Shown piece by piece: positions 55,581 to 64,000 of a stretch of 64,000 nucleotides of DNA. The stretch is from positions 578 through 64,577 of the forward strand of contig CAMEYM010000019.1 of the NCBI GenBank assembly GCA_945947575.1. Reading direction: 5' to 3'. Every line of letters begins with the position of its first letter. Within the stretch, counting starts at the first letter, position 1. Below the pieces are notes generated by a model. It was not told the DNA's origin and did not search any database. It saw nothing but the letters and a program-made list of their open reading frames with translations. The stretch is from Rhizobium sp. Q54. GTDB lineage: Bacteria; Pseudomonadota; Alphaproteobacteria; UBA2966; CAIVPW01. A program made the translations under genes and the position numbers.

Positions 55581-57135
55581 GCCGTTCGTCACGTCGGCGG
55601 CGAGCGCCGGCGGACTGCGCATCGCCGCAGTCAACCTGCACGCGGCCGAGGCAGGCATCCTGCCGGGCATGCCGCTCGCCGATGCGCGGGCGCTGGCGCC
55701 GGGACTGGAAGTCGCGGCCGCCGATCCGCTCGGCGATAGCGAGCAGCTCACCAAGCTCGCCGCGTGGTGCGGCAACTTCTCGCCGTGGACCGCGCCCGAG
55801 TCCGTCGGCAGCGGACCAGACGGCGCCGGCATCTGGCTCGACGCCACCGGCTGCGCCCATCTGTTCGGCGGCGAGGAAGACCTGTTGCGCGAGCTCGTGC
55901 AGCGCGTCCAGCGCCTGGGCTTCGGTGTCCGCGCGGCTCTTGCCGACACCGCCGGAGCGGCGTGGGCGGTGGCGCGCTTCGCTCCCCTCAAGGACGGCGA
56001 GCGTGTCACCATCGTGCCGCCAGGCGCAACCGCCGCGGCGCTCGCACCGTTGCCGATGGCCGGCTTGCGCTTGCCCGGCCCCGTCATCGAAGGCCTGGCG
56101 GTGCTCGGCCTGCGCCGCATCGCCGATCTCATGACCATGCCGCGCGCGCCCCTGGTGGCGCGCTTCGGCGGCAGCGTCACGGATCGCTTGGATCGCGCCC
56201 TCGGCCAGATGAACGAAGCGATCTCGCCGCTGGTGCCGGAGGTTCCGCATCGCGAACGGCTGGGTCTGGCCGAGCCCATCGGGACGCGTCCGGCCCTCGA
56301 GGCGGCGCTCGCCCATTTGCTCACCGACCTGTGCGCGCGGTTGGCGCGCGAGCATAGCGGTGCGCGCCGTCTCGACTTTGCGCTGTTCCGGATCGACGGC
56401 CAGGTGGCGCACGTGCGCATCGGCACCAGCCGGCCGGTGCGCGAACCCAAGCATCTGGCGCGGCTGTTCGCCGAGCATCTCGACAATGTCGAGGTGGGCG
56501 AGGGCATCGAGGTGCTGACCCTCACCGCCGACAGCGTCGAGGCGCTCGCCGCCGATCAGCTCGAGATGCCGGGGCCCGCGCTCGACCATGCCCTGGCGAC
56601 GGCGGGAGTCGCCGACCTCGTCGATCGGCTCACCAACCGCCTCGGCGCTGACGCCGTGCTGCGCCTGGTGGAGCGGCCGAGCCACGTGCCCGAGCGCGCC
56701 GGCGTGACGGTCGCGGCGGCGCGCCATGGCGAGGAAACGCCGATCGTTCTGCCGCCCGGGCGGGGCGAGCGTCCTTTGCGCCTGTTCCCCACGCCGTTCC
56801 CGATCGACGCGGTGGCGCCGGTGCCCGACGGCCCGCCGGTGATGTTCCGCTGGCGGCGCGTGCTGCATCGCGTGGCGCGCGCCGAGGGACCGGAGCGCAT
56901 TGCGCCGGAGTGGTGGCGCACGTCGCTGTCGTGGACGACGCCGTGGGAAGAGACGACGCGCGACTACTACCGGGTCGAGGACGAATCCGGCCGCCGCTTC
57001 TGGGTCTATCGCGAGGGTCTCTATCCGCTCGGCTATGAGCCGGTGCGGAAGGAAGACGAAGACGAGGCGGACACATCGGCCGAAGCGATCGCGCCCGCGA
57101 TGCCGCGCTGGTTCGTGCACGGGTTGTTTGCGTGA
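55495..57135 (+). CDS. imuB: ImuB (inactive Y-family polymerase-like SOS mutagenesis protein)
   Basis: MRRMISLWLPAFATDRA N-terminus typical of ImuB, with a Y-family fold. GGAG RBS before ATG 55495. Overlaps the imuA 3' end by about 86 nt. Confidence 0.8.
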   Translation: MRRMISLWLPAFATDRASCGTAWRKRRVKPFVTSAASAGGLRIAAVNLHAAEAGILPGMPLADARALAPGLEVAAADPLGDSEQLTKLAAWCGNFSPWTAPESVGSGPDGAGIWLDATGCAHLFGGEEDLLRELVQRVQRLGFGVRAALADTAGAAWAVARFAPLKDGERVTIVPPGATAAALAPLPMAGLRLPGPVIEGLAVLGLRRIADLMTMPRAPLVARFGGSVTDRLDRALGQMNEAISPLVPEVPHRERLGLAEPIGTRPALEAALAHLLTDLCARLAREHSGARRLDFALFRIDGQVAHVRIGTSRPVREPKHLARLFAEHLDNVEVGEGIEVLTLTADSVEALAADQLEMPGPALDHALATAGVADLVDRLTNRLGADAVLRLVERPSHVPERAGVTVAAARHGEETPIVLPPGRGERPLRLFPTPFPIDAVAPVPDGPPVMFRWRRVLHRVARAEGPERIAPEWWRTSLSWTTPWEETTRDYYRVEDESGRRFWVYREGLYPLGYEPVRKEDEDEADTSAEAIAPAMPRWFVHGLFA

Positions 57136-60100
57136 GCGGCGACGCGTCGCGCGATGAGCGCGCCCAAGGCGCGACGCCGTACGCCGAGCTGCAGGTCACC
57201 TCGAACTTCAGCTTCCTGCGCGGTGCTTCTCATCCCGAAGAGCTGGCACTGACCGCGGCGCGGCTCGGTCATGCGGCCATCGCCGTCACCGACCGCAATA
57301 CCCTGGCCGGCGTGGTGCGCGCGCACCTGGCTGCCAAGAACGCCGGCATTCGTCTGCTGGTGGGCACGCGCCTCGACCTCACTGACGGGCCGAGCCTGTT
57401 GTGCTTCCCGCGCCATCGCAAGGCCTACGGACGCTTGTGCCGATTGCTGTCGACGGGGCAGCGGAGGGCCGAGAAGGGCTCCTGCATCCTGCAACTCGAT
57501 GACGTGTTTGCGGACAAGATGGAGGGCGCTCTCGACCAGGTACTGATCGTCCTGGCGCCGGAGGAGAGCCTCGACGGTTTCGAGGACGTGCTGCGCGATG
57601 TCGCCCGCCGGCTGCCGCGGTCGCCGCGCCACCTGTACCTCGCCTGCCATCGCCTGTATCGCGGCGACGACGCGGCGCGATTGCGGCGCTTGGCCGCAAT
57701 GGCCGCGGCAGCCGGTATCCCGCTCGTCGCAACCAACGACGTTCACGCCCATGAGGCCGCGCGGCGGCCGCTGCAGGACGTGCTGTGGTGCATCCGCAAG
57801 CACTGCACCATCGACGAGGCCGGATTCCGTCTCGCCGCCAATGCCGAGCGGCACCTGAAGCCTGCCAGCGAGATGCTGCGGCTGTTCGAAGGCTATGAGC
57901 ATGCCGTGGCGCGCACGGTCGAGATCGCCAACCTGCTCAACTTCAATCTCGAGGAGCTGCGCTACGAGTATCCCGAAGAGACGGTGCCCCCCGGGGAGAC
58001 GGCGCAGTCGTTCCTGGAGGAGCTCGCCTGGGAGGGCGCCCGCTGGCGCTACGGCGAGGCGATTTCCGAGAAGGTGCGCGCGCTGCTCACCCACGAGCTG
58101 ACGCTCATCGGCAAGCTGAAGTTCGCGCCGTACTTTCTCACCGTGCGCGACATCGTGCTGTTCGCCCGCGCGCAGGGCATCCTGTGTCAGGGGCGCGGCT
58201 CGGCAGCCAACTCCATCATTTGCTACTGCCTCGGCATCACCTCCGTGGACCCGGCCGGAGGAGACCTTCTGTTCGAGCGCTTTGTCTCGCCGGAACGCGG
58301 CGAGCCGCCCGACATCGACGTCGACTTCGAGCACGAGCGGCGCGAGGAAGTGATCCAGTACATCTACAAGAAGTACGGCCGCGAGCACGCCGGCATGACG
58401 GCGACCGTCATCTCCTACCGTACGCGCAGCGCCCTGCGCGAGGTGACCAAGGCCCTTGGGCTGTCGTCCGACGTGGCGGGCGCGCTCGTCGGCATGGTCT
58501 GGGGCGGCGATCGCATCGGCGCGAAGGAAGCTGCGGCCGTCGGTCTCGATGCCAACGACGGCCGCCTGTTCCAGGCGCTCGAGCTGACCCGCACGCTGCA
58601 CGGCTTTCCGCGCCACTTGTCGCAGCATGTCGGCGGCTTCGTTCTAACCAGCGGTCCCTTGTGCGAGATGGTGCCGATCGCCAACGCGGCCATGGACGAC
58701 CGCACCATGATCGAGTGGGACAAGGACGACCTCGATGCGCTCGGCATCCTCAAGGTCGATGTGCTCGGTCTCGGCATGCTGACCTGCATCCGCAAGGCGT
58801 TCGGCCTCTTGGATCAGCATTACGGCTACAAGCTGAAGAAGGTGGAGGATCTCCCGCCGGCGGATCCCAAGGTCTACGACATGCTGTGCCGCGCCGACTC
58901 GGTCGGCGTCTTCCAGGTCGAGAGCCGCGCGCAGATGAGCATGCTGCCGCGGCTCAAGCCGAAGGACTTCTACGACCTCGTCATCGAGGTGGCGATCGTG
59001 CGGCCGGGCCCGATCCAGGGCGACATGGTGCATCCCTACCTGCGCCGTCGCGAGGGTATCGAGGCGATCACGTTCCCCTCGCTCGAGTTGCGCGACGTGC
59101 TGGCCAAGACCCTTGGCGTGCCTCTGTTCCAGGAACAGGCGATGCGCATCGCCATCGTCGCGGCGGGCTTCTCGCCCAGCGAGGCGGATGGACTGCGCCG
59201 CGCCATGGCGACGTTCCGGCGCAACGGCACCATCCACAAGTTCCGCGAGAAGTTCATCCGCGGCATGGACGAGCGCGGCTACGCGGAGGAGTTCGCGATC
59301 CGCTGCTTCAAGCAGATCGAAGGCTTCGGCGAGTACGGGTTCCCCGAGTCCCACGCGATGAGCTTCGCGTTGCTCGTCTACGCCTCGTCGTGGCTCAAGC
59401 ACTACTACCCCGCGGTGTTCGCCTGCGCGCTGCTCAACGCGCAGCCGATGGGCTTCTACGCGCCGGCGCAGATCGTGCGCGACCTCCAGGACCACGGCGG
59501 CCGCGTCCTGCCGGTCGACGTCAACCACAGCCAGTGGGACTCCACGCTGGAACGGGTGGGCGGTGCATTCGCGCTGCGGCTCGGCTTCCGCCAGGTCGAC
59601 GGCCTGCGCGAGGACGACATGAAGGAGAAACTCGTCGCTGCGCGCGATGGCACACAGAAGGCGATCCCGTTCCGCGACCCGCATGATCTGTGGCGGCGCG
59701 CCAGCCTGGCGCCGGCGGCGCTGGAGCGGCTCGCCAATGCCGATGCGTTCGGCTCGATGGGCCTGTCGCGGCGCGAAGCGTTGTGGGCGGTGCGGCCGTT
59801 GGGCTTGGCGCCGTTGCCGCTGTTCGCGGCCACACCCGCTGTCTCGCCGGCCGTCACGCCGACCGTTACGGTTTCGCGCGAGTTCGCCGAGCCGGCGGTG
59901 GCGCTGCCGCGGGCCGGCCTGGGCGAAGAGGTGATCGCCGACTATCGCTCGATCCGCCTGTCGCTCAAGGAGCATCCCATGGCGCTGCTGCGCCCGGGCC
60001 TCAAGGGCACGCTGTCCGCAGCGCAGCTCGCCGAGACGAAGCCGGATTCGTTCGTCACCGTCGCCGGCGTGGTGGTGTGCCGCCAGCGTCCCGGCACTGC

Positions 60101-60389
60101 CAGCGGCGTCATCTTCATGACCCTCGAGGACGAGACCGGCATCGCCAATCTCATCGTCTGGCCCAAGACGTTCGAGAAGTACCGCAAGGCGGTGCTGGGC
60201 GGCCGCGTCGTGGCGGCGATGGGACGCATGCAGCGCGAAGGCATCGTCATCCACGTCATCGCCCATCGCGTGGTCGATCTGTCCTCGCGCCTGACCGCGC
60301 TCAAAGATCCGCTGCCGCCGCTCGCACCCGGCTTCACCCCGCTGCCGGAGGCGGTGGCAGCGGGCTTCGCCTCGCGCGACTTCCACTAA
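57132..60389 (+). CDS. dnaE2: error-prone DNA polymerase DnaE2 (ImuC)
   Basis: PHP domain N-terminus (ELQVTSNFSFLRGASHPEEL) and Pol III alpha core motifs. 1085 aa. GTGA overlap with imuB. Confidence 0.9.
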   Translation: MSGDASRDERAQGATPYAELQVTSNFSFLRGASHPEELALTAARLGHAAIAVTDRNTLAGVVRAHLAAKNAGIRLLVGTRLDLTDGPSLLCFPRHRKAYGRLCRLLSTGQRRAEKGSCILQLDDVFADKMEGALDQVLIVLAPEESLDGFEDVLRDVARRLPRSPRHLYLACHRLYRGDDAARLRRLAAMAAAAGIPLVATNDVHAHEAARRPLQDVLWCIRKHCTIDEAGFRLAANAERHLKPASEMLRLFEGYEHAVARTVEIANLLNFNLEELRYEYPEETVPPGETAQSFLEELAWEGARWRYGEAISEKVRALLTHELTLIGKLKFAPYFLTVRDIVLFARAQGILCQGRGSAANSIICYCLGITSVDPAGGDLLFERFVSPERGEPPDIDVDFEHERREEVIQYIYKKYGREHAGMTATVISYRTRSALREVTKALGLSSDVAGALVGMVWGGDRIGAKEAAAVGLDANDGRLFQALELTRTLHGFPRHLSQHVGGFVLTSGPLCEMVPIANAAMDDRTMIEWDKDDLDALGILKVDVLGLGMLTCIRKAFGLLDQHYGYKLKKVEDLPPADPKVYDMLCRADSVGVFQVESRAQMSMLPRLKPKDFYDLVIEVAIVRPGPIQGDMVHPYLRRREGIEAITFPSLELRDVLAKTLGVPLFQEQAMRIAIVAAGFSPSEADGLRRAMATFRRNGTIHKFREKFIRGMDERGYAEEFAIRCFKQIEGFGEYGFPESHAMSFALLVYASSWLKHYYPAVFACALLNAQPMGFYAPAQIVRDLQDHGGRVLPVDVNHSQWDSTLERVGGAFALRLGFRQVDGLREDDMKEKLVAARDGTQKAIPFRDPHDLWRRASLAPAALERLANADAFGSMGLSRREALWAVRPLGLAPLPLFAATPAVSPAVTPTVTVSREFAEPAVALPRAGLGEEVIADYRSIRLSLKEHPMALLRPGLKGTLSAAQLAETKPDSFVTVAGVVVCRQRPGTASGVIFMTLEDETGIANLIVWPKTFEKYRKAVLGGRVVAAMGRMQREGIVIHVIAHRVVDLSSRLTALKDPLPPLAPGFTPLPEAVAAGFASRDFH

Positions 60390-60596
60390 CGGCGAGCGCT
60401 ACTCCACAGCGCGCGGTGGGAAGGGGCCCGCCACCGCGGCAACGCGCACGCTCTTGTCGCGCACGGACTCGACCGCCAGCAGACCGCCGCCGGTCCCCTT
60501 CTCGCCGATCAGGTTGACGAGGATGAAGTCGCCGGCGCGCAGCATGTCGGCGCTCGGGTCGAAGTAGGACGGGGCGACGATCGCGGCCGCCCCGTC

Positions 60597-61703
60597 ATGG
60601 CTGCGGAAATGCCAAAGGGTCGCGCCATTGGCGTAGCCGAAAATGCTGAGTTCAACCGCGTCCACCACTGGGTGCAGGACAAGGCGAACTCGATCCTCAT
60701 CAACGCATCGCGCATGGACGAGGAGTTCGACGGCATCGCCACCGGCCTGTCCACCGCCATCACCAAGGACGGCCAAACGACCGTCACCGCCGACCTGCCG
60801 ATGGCCGGCTTCAAGCACACCGGCGTCGCCAACGCGAGCGCGCGCAACCAGTACGCCACAGTGGCGCAGGTGCAGGACGGCGCCACGGCGTTTGCGGCGG
60901 CCGGCGGTACCGCCAACGCCCTGACCCTCACCGTCGGCCCCGCCGTCACCGCCTATGCGGCCGGCCAGATCTTCTGGGCCCGCCTCACGGCGACCAACAC
61001 CTCGTCCGCGCCGACCCTCGCCGTCTCCGGCCTCGCCGCCAAGACCATCAAGAAGCGCGGCGGCGCCCCTCTCGTCGCCGGCGACCTCACCTCCGGCGAC
61101 CTCGCCGGCTTCGCCTACCAGTCGAGCACCGACGACTTCCGCCTCGTCGGCCCGACCAAGGACACCGGCCTGGTCCTGATCGAGTCGCAGACCGCGGCGA
61201 ATTCGGCGACCCTCGACTTCACGTCGGGGTTCGGTGGGGAGTTCGACGAGATTCTGTTTGAGATCGTCGATCTGCTGCCGGCGACGGATGGCGATGGCTT
61301 CATCGCGCGCGTCTCGGTTGATGGCGGGTCAAGCTACGCCGCAGGAACCGCCTACGAGCACTTCCGCATTTCGGGTAGCAGCAGCGCGAATACAGTTATT
61401 GGGGGAAACAGCGCGGGGCAGGCGCATGCAACTCTGTGCCTGGGCCATATGGGTAACGTCGCAGGCGAAGGTGCGTCGGGCTGGGTTCGTCTGCTCAACA
61501 ATTCCGCCAGCGCTGCGGGGGCAAACCGGATCGTCAGCAACGTCAGCTACTACACCAATGACGCGACCCCGGCCTACGCGATGGTGATGGGCTGGTCGAG
61601 CTACAATGGCTCCGCCGATGACGTGAACGCATTCCGATTCATGTGCCTGACCGGGAACATCGCCTCGGGAACAATTCGCCAGTGGGGACGGAGAAGGGCG
61701 TAA
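60597..61703 (+). CDS. phage tail-fibre-like protein
   Basis: Contains the widespread tail-fibre N-terminal motif pattern L.M.G.K.TGV.NA...N.YATVAQV (ADLPMAGFKHTGVANASARNQYATVAQVQDG). It has a low-complexity Ala/Gly/Ser/Thr-rich body. Its N-terminal boundary overlaps a minus-strand ORF, so the start is uncertain. Confidence 0.55.
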   Translation: MAAEMPKGRAIGVAENAEFNRVHHWVQDKANSILINASRMDEEFDGIATGLSTAITKDGQTTVTADLPMAGFKHTGVANASARNQYATVAQVQDGATAFAAAGGTANALTLTVGPAVTAYAAGQIFWARLTATNTSSAPTLAVSGLAAKTIKKRGGAPLVAGDLTSGDLAGFAYQSSTDDFRLVGPTKDTGLVLIESQTAANSATLDFTSGFGGEFDEILFEIVDLLPATDGDGFIARVSVDGGSSYAAGTAYEHFRISGSSSANTVIGGNSAGQAHATLCLGHMGNVAGEGASGWVRLLNNSASAAGANRIVSNVSYYTNDATPAYAMVMGWSSYNGSADDVNAFRFMCLTGNIASGTIRQWGRRRA

Positions 61704-61735
61704 CGGCGCTTTCGTCGCGCTCCTCTGAGCGAGTC

Positions 61736-63151
61736 CTAGTTTGGCCGCGTGCGCCGCGCCGCCGCGACGATCGCGGACGCGACGATCTCGTTGCCTTCGC
61801 GATTGTAGTGGGATCCTGAAAAGACGAACCGCGACTCGATGGGATGGCCGTCGAACTCCGGCGTGAGGTCAAGGGTCTCCAGGTCCAATGCTTTGGCAAT
61901 CCCAAGAACCTGGGTGCGGGTCGCGAGGATGTGCTGCTTGGCCCAGTCCGGAGAATAATAGGTGTCCGAGGGCAGGTAGACGAAGAGCACGCGGCCGTCC
62001 GCTTCCCCGACCTGTTGCTTGGCCGCCAGGAGCGTGGCGCGCAGCAACTCCAAGTTCTCCGGCGCGATCTCCTGCCGGACCGCTTCGCCCCCGCCGCCGA
62101 AGTAGGCCAGCGGTCCCAATAGGAGCCGCCGCACTTCGCGTAGTTTGGCGACGCCGCCCAGGTCCGCCAGGGGCCGCTTGGACGCGTTCTCACTTTCCGG
62201 CTGCGCCAGCAGCAGCGCGTCGGCCGATGCGCGAAGCGCGGCATCGATTTCATCCTGGCGGGCGGCGAGAGACTGATTGAAGTCGGGTCGCAGGTAGCTG
62301 CGCAGTACGGGGAGCTGGCCCTCGGCAATCAGATTGCCGAGGTCGTTGCCCTCGAAGAACAGCCAAACCAGCACGCGTGGGCGCACGGCCGCCCCGTATT
62401 CGCGCAGCGATGCCAGCTCGAGCAAGGGACCGTTACCGCTCATGCCGAGGTTGATCGTGCCGGGGATCTGCTGTGCGACCATCCCGGCAATGCTGTCAGC
62501 GTGCGATGTGCACGCACCGTGTGCGTACGAGTCGCCCACGATCACAATCTCCACGCCGGCATCCCACACATGGTCCGGATTGTTGAAGCCGAACCGGTCA
62601 CTCCGGTAAGGGTGGAACTGGCCGGACTCGTTGCAGTAGACGGTGACAGCATTGCGGACGCCGCCGACAACGAACAGGGCCGCGTTCGGGGCACGATGCG
62701 CAGCGACCTGAGCGGAGGGAATCATGGCCGGGACAGCGTAGGTTCCGGCGTTGCGCAGGTCGCGAATCACTTCGCTCGACAGACGCCTATCGGGAACGAC
62801 GCCCCGCCGCATGGCTGCGGACTCCATGCTTTGATCGGACGTTCCGCCGGCGCGCAAGTAGAGCTCGCCGAGATAGGCGGCTGCGCCCAGCGAGACGCAA
62901 GCGACCGCCACAGCGCGACGATGCTCCCGCGGCAGGGCAAGGACGGCCGCCAGTCCTGCGGCCAAAAGCAGCGCGCCGCCAGCTACCAGCGCTCCGACAG
63001 GCCCGGCGTCGAGCGTCGCCGCGCGCAGGCCGATGGCGAGCGCGCCGAGCGCCGCCAACACTAGCGCGACGTCTTCGACCCCGCGACCCGTCCTACTTCG
63101 CATCCACCCACCTCGCGCGTCTTCGCCGTTCGTGCGCAGCCGCGCCAGCAT
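61736..63151 (-). CDS. SGNH/GDSL-family hydrolase with N-terminal membrane anchor
   Basis: GDSL block IVIVGDSYAHG, then downstream G..N.LG.SGNG and a C-terminal D..H-like region (FSGSHYNREGNEI). Two to three N-terminal hydrophobic helices. 471 aa, start uncertain. Confidence 0.65.
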   Translation of the reverse strand: MLARLRTNGEDARGGWMRSRTGRGVEDVALVLAALGALAIGLRAATLDAGPVGALVAGGALLLAAGLAAVLALPREHRRAVAVACVSLGAAAYLGELYLRAGGTSDQSMESAAMRRGVVPDRRLSSEVIRDLRNAGTYAVPAMIPSAQVAAHRAPNAALFVVGGVRNAVTVYCNESGQFHPYRSDRFGFNNPDHVWDAGVEIVIVGDSYAHGACTSHADSIAGMVAQQIPGTINLGMSGNGPLLELASLREYGAAVRPRVLVWLFFEGNDLGNLIAEGQLPVLRSYLRPDFNQSLAARQDEIDAALRASADALLLAQPESENASKRPLADLGGVAKLREVRRLLLGPLAYFGGGGEAVRQEIAPENLELLRATLLAAKQQVGEADGRVLFVYLPSDTYYSPDWAKQHILATRTQVLGIAKALDLETLDLTPEFDGHPIESRFVFSGSHYNREGNEIVASAIVAAARRTRPN

Positions 63152-63208
63152 ACCGCATCGGAATCGCTCGACTGCGCCGCGCGTTCAGAACCGAAGGGAG
63201 GCAATCGC

Positions 63209-63628
63209 ATGGCGGTAGCCGTCGCAACGATCCTCGCCGACACCATCGGCAAAGTCCTCGACCGCGTCCTGCCCGACCCCGTGGCGCGCGACAAGGCGCG
63301 GGCGGAGCTCGCGCGGCTGCAGCAAGAGGGCGCGCTGGACGAGGCGCGCGCGCAGCTCTCGGCGATCCTCGCCGAGGCCGCGTCGCCCGATCCGTGGACG
63401 TCGCGCGCGCGGCCGGCGTTTCTCTACGTGATGTACGCCGTCATCCTGGGATGCCTGGCGGGAGGCATCGTCGGCATCTGGTGGCCCGCCCACGTCGCCA
63501 CCGCCGCGCAGAACGTCGCGGCGCTGCTCGGCGCAATTCCGGAGAGCCTGTGGTGGCTGTTTGGCGCCGGCTACCTCGGCTACACCGGCGCGCGCAGCTT
63601 CGACAAATGGCGGGGCGTGGCGCCCTGA
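63209..63628 (+). CDS. 3-TM holin, GTA-type (Holin of 3TMs for gene-transfer release family, recalled)
   Basis: 139 aa. Hydrophilic N-terminus ILADTIGKVLDRVLPDPVARDKARAELARLQQEGAL, then hydrophobic helices (FLYVMYAVILGCLAGGIVGIWW, LLGAIPESLWWLFGAGYLGY). GGGAGG RBS. The family assignment is from memory of PF11351 and is not verified. Confidence 0.55.
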   Translation: MAVAVATILADTIGKVLDRVLPDPVARDKARAELARLQQEGALDEARAQLSAILAEAASPDPWTSRARPAFLYVMYAVILGCLAGGIVGIWWPAHVATAAQNVAALLGAIPESLWWLFGAGYLGYTGARSFDKWRGVAP

Positions 63629-63883
63629 AGCGCGGCTCATACCGCTGGCGGTATTGACCCCCACATACCTGAATCGATTATTGGCGTGCCGTGCAGGTCG
63701 CGCTAGCCCGTACTGCCGCAAGGACGCTCGAACGGCTTCCGCGCAATAGCAGGTGAATATCAGCCAGATCGAGACCGGCGCGCGCCCTCGGCGTCACGCT
63801 GGACGACGTCGCGCCGCTGCCGCCCGAGGACTGAAGTCAGTCCTCGTTGCGGGCCTTCGGTTCTGACGCGTGCGGAAGGAGAG

Positions 63884-63958
63884 TGGTGGGGCTGCCTGGG
63901 ATCGAACCAGGGACTTCTCGCATGTGAAACGAGCGCTCTACCGCTGAGCTACAACCCC
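63884..63958 (-). tRNA. tRNA-Val (anticodon CAC)
   Basis: Reverse complement GGGGTTGTAGCTCAGCGGTAGAGCGCTCGTTTCACATGCGAGAAGTCCCTGGTTCGATCCCAGGCAGCCCCACCA. Acceptor stem 7 bp, D-arm GCTC/GAGC, anticodon stem CTCGT/GCGAG with loop TTCACAT, T-arm CCTGG-TTCGATC-CCAGG, encoded CCA. Confidence 0.85.
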
Positions 63959-64000
63959 GTACCGGTGTGAACGGTAAGGTCCAAGAGTCGGGTTCCGGCC

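Noticed and set aside
54561-56525. 654-aa minus-strand ORF over imuA/imuB
   Set aside because: Antisense shadow with Arg/Ser/Ala/Pro bias. The plus-strand imuA-imuB genes have family-specific motifs and a LexA box.
58644-60386. 580-aa minus-strand ORF inside dnaE2
   Set aside because: Antisense to dnaE2, with a low-complexity Arg/Ala/Glu/Asp composition.
1-64000. CRISPR arrays, IS elements, integrases, transposases
   Set aside because: No regularly spaced direct repeats with unique spacers, no DDE or tyrosine-recombinase-like ORFs, and no terminal inverted repeats were found. The only repeats are the REP-like hairpins, the imuA 15-bp VNTR and paralogous genes.

Overview
This 64-kb window is a very high-GC (about 68%) chromosomal segment. 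Several features point to an Alphaproteobacterium: a GAAC-N7-GAAC LexA box ahead of an imuA-imuB-dnaE2 cassette, a GTA-type holin, DUF1344-like small proteins and a VPLPA-CTERM-like sorting signal. Coding density is high and most genes are housekeeping (fba, tsaC/sua5, fadD, xseB-ispA-dxs-tlyA-rlmD, aroC, fabI, pdxH, hpt, kup, ispB, glyQS, tag, ygfZ, cysQ). Two tRNA genes are present, both on the minus strand: tRNA-Pro(CGG) at 37644-37720 and tRNA-Val(CAC) at 63884-63958. I found no CRISPR array, IS element, transposase or integrase.

The accessory or unusual content is:
1. A roughly 55-bp hairpin-forming repeat family (CCCTCCCCC..GGGGGAGGG) in three full copies and one partial copy, bracketing a DUF559 endonuclease-like gene.
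2. An HTH-extended Phd/YefM-VapC toxin-antitoxin pair.
3. Four tandem paralogs of a small signal-peptide protein (DUF1344-like). Each has its own RBS and Rho-independent terminator, and they surround a fused polytopic-membrane/spermidine-synthase gene.
4. A Rieske oxygenase gene with no canonical start codon, lying directly after an FGE-sulfatase-family lipoprotein gene.
5. A protein with a VPLPA/PEP-CTERM-like sorting tail next to tRNA-Pro.
6. An N-terminal-only (two-domain) pyruvate phosphate dikinase fragment, translationally coupled to an M48/DUF45 metalloprotease gene.
7. The SOS mutagenesis cassette imuA-imuB-dnaE2, with a perfect 4 x 15-bp in-frame tandem repeat inside imuA.
8. A 3' module next to tRNA-Val made of a tail-fiber-like protein, an SGNH hydrolase and a GTA-type 3TM holin, which I read as a prophage or GTA-associated remnant.

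All calls come from reading the supplied translations and sequence by eye. No database searches were run.
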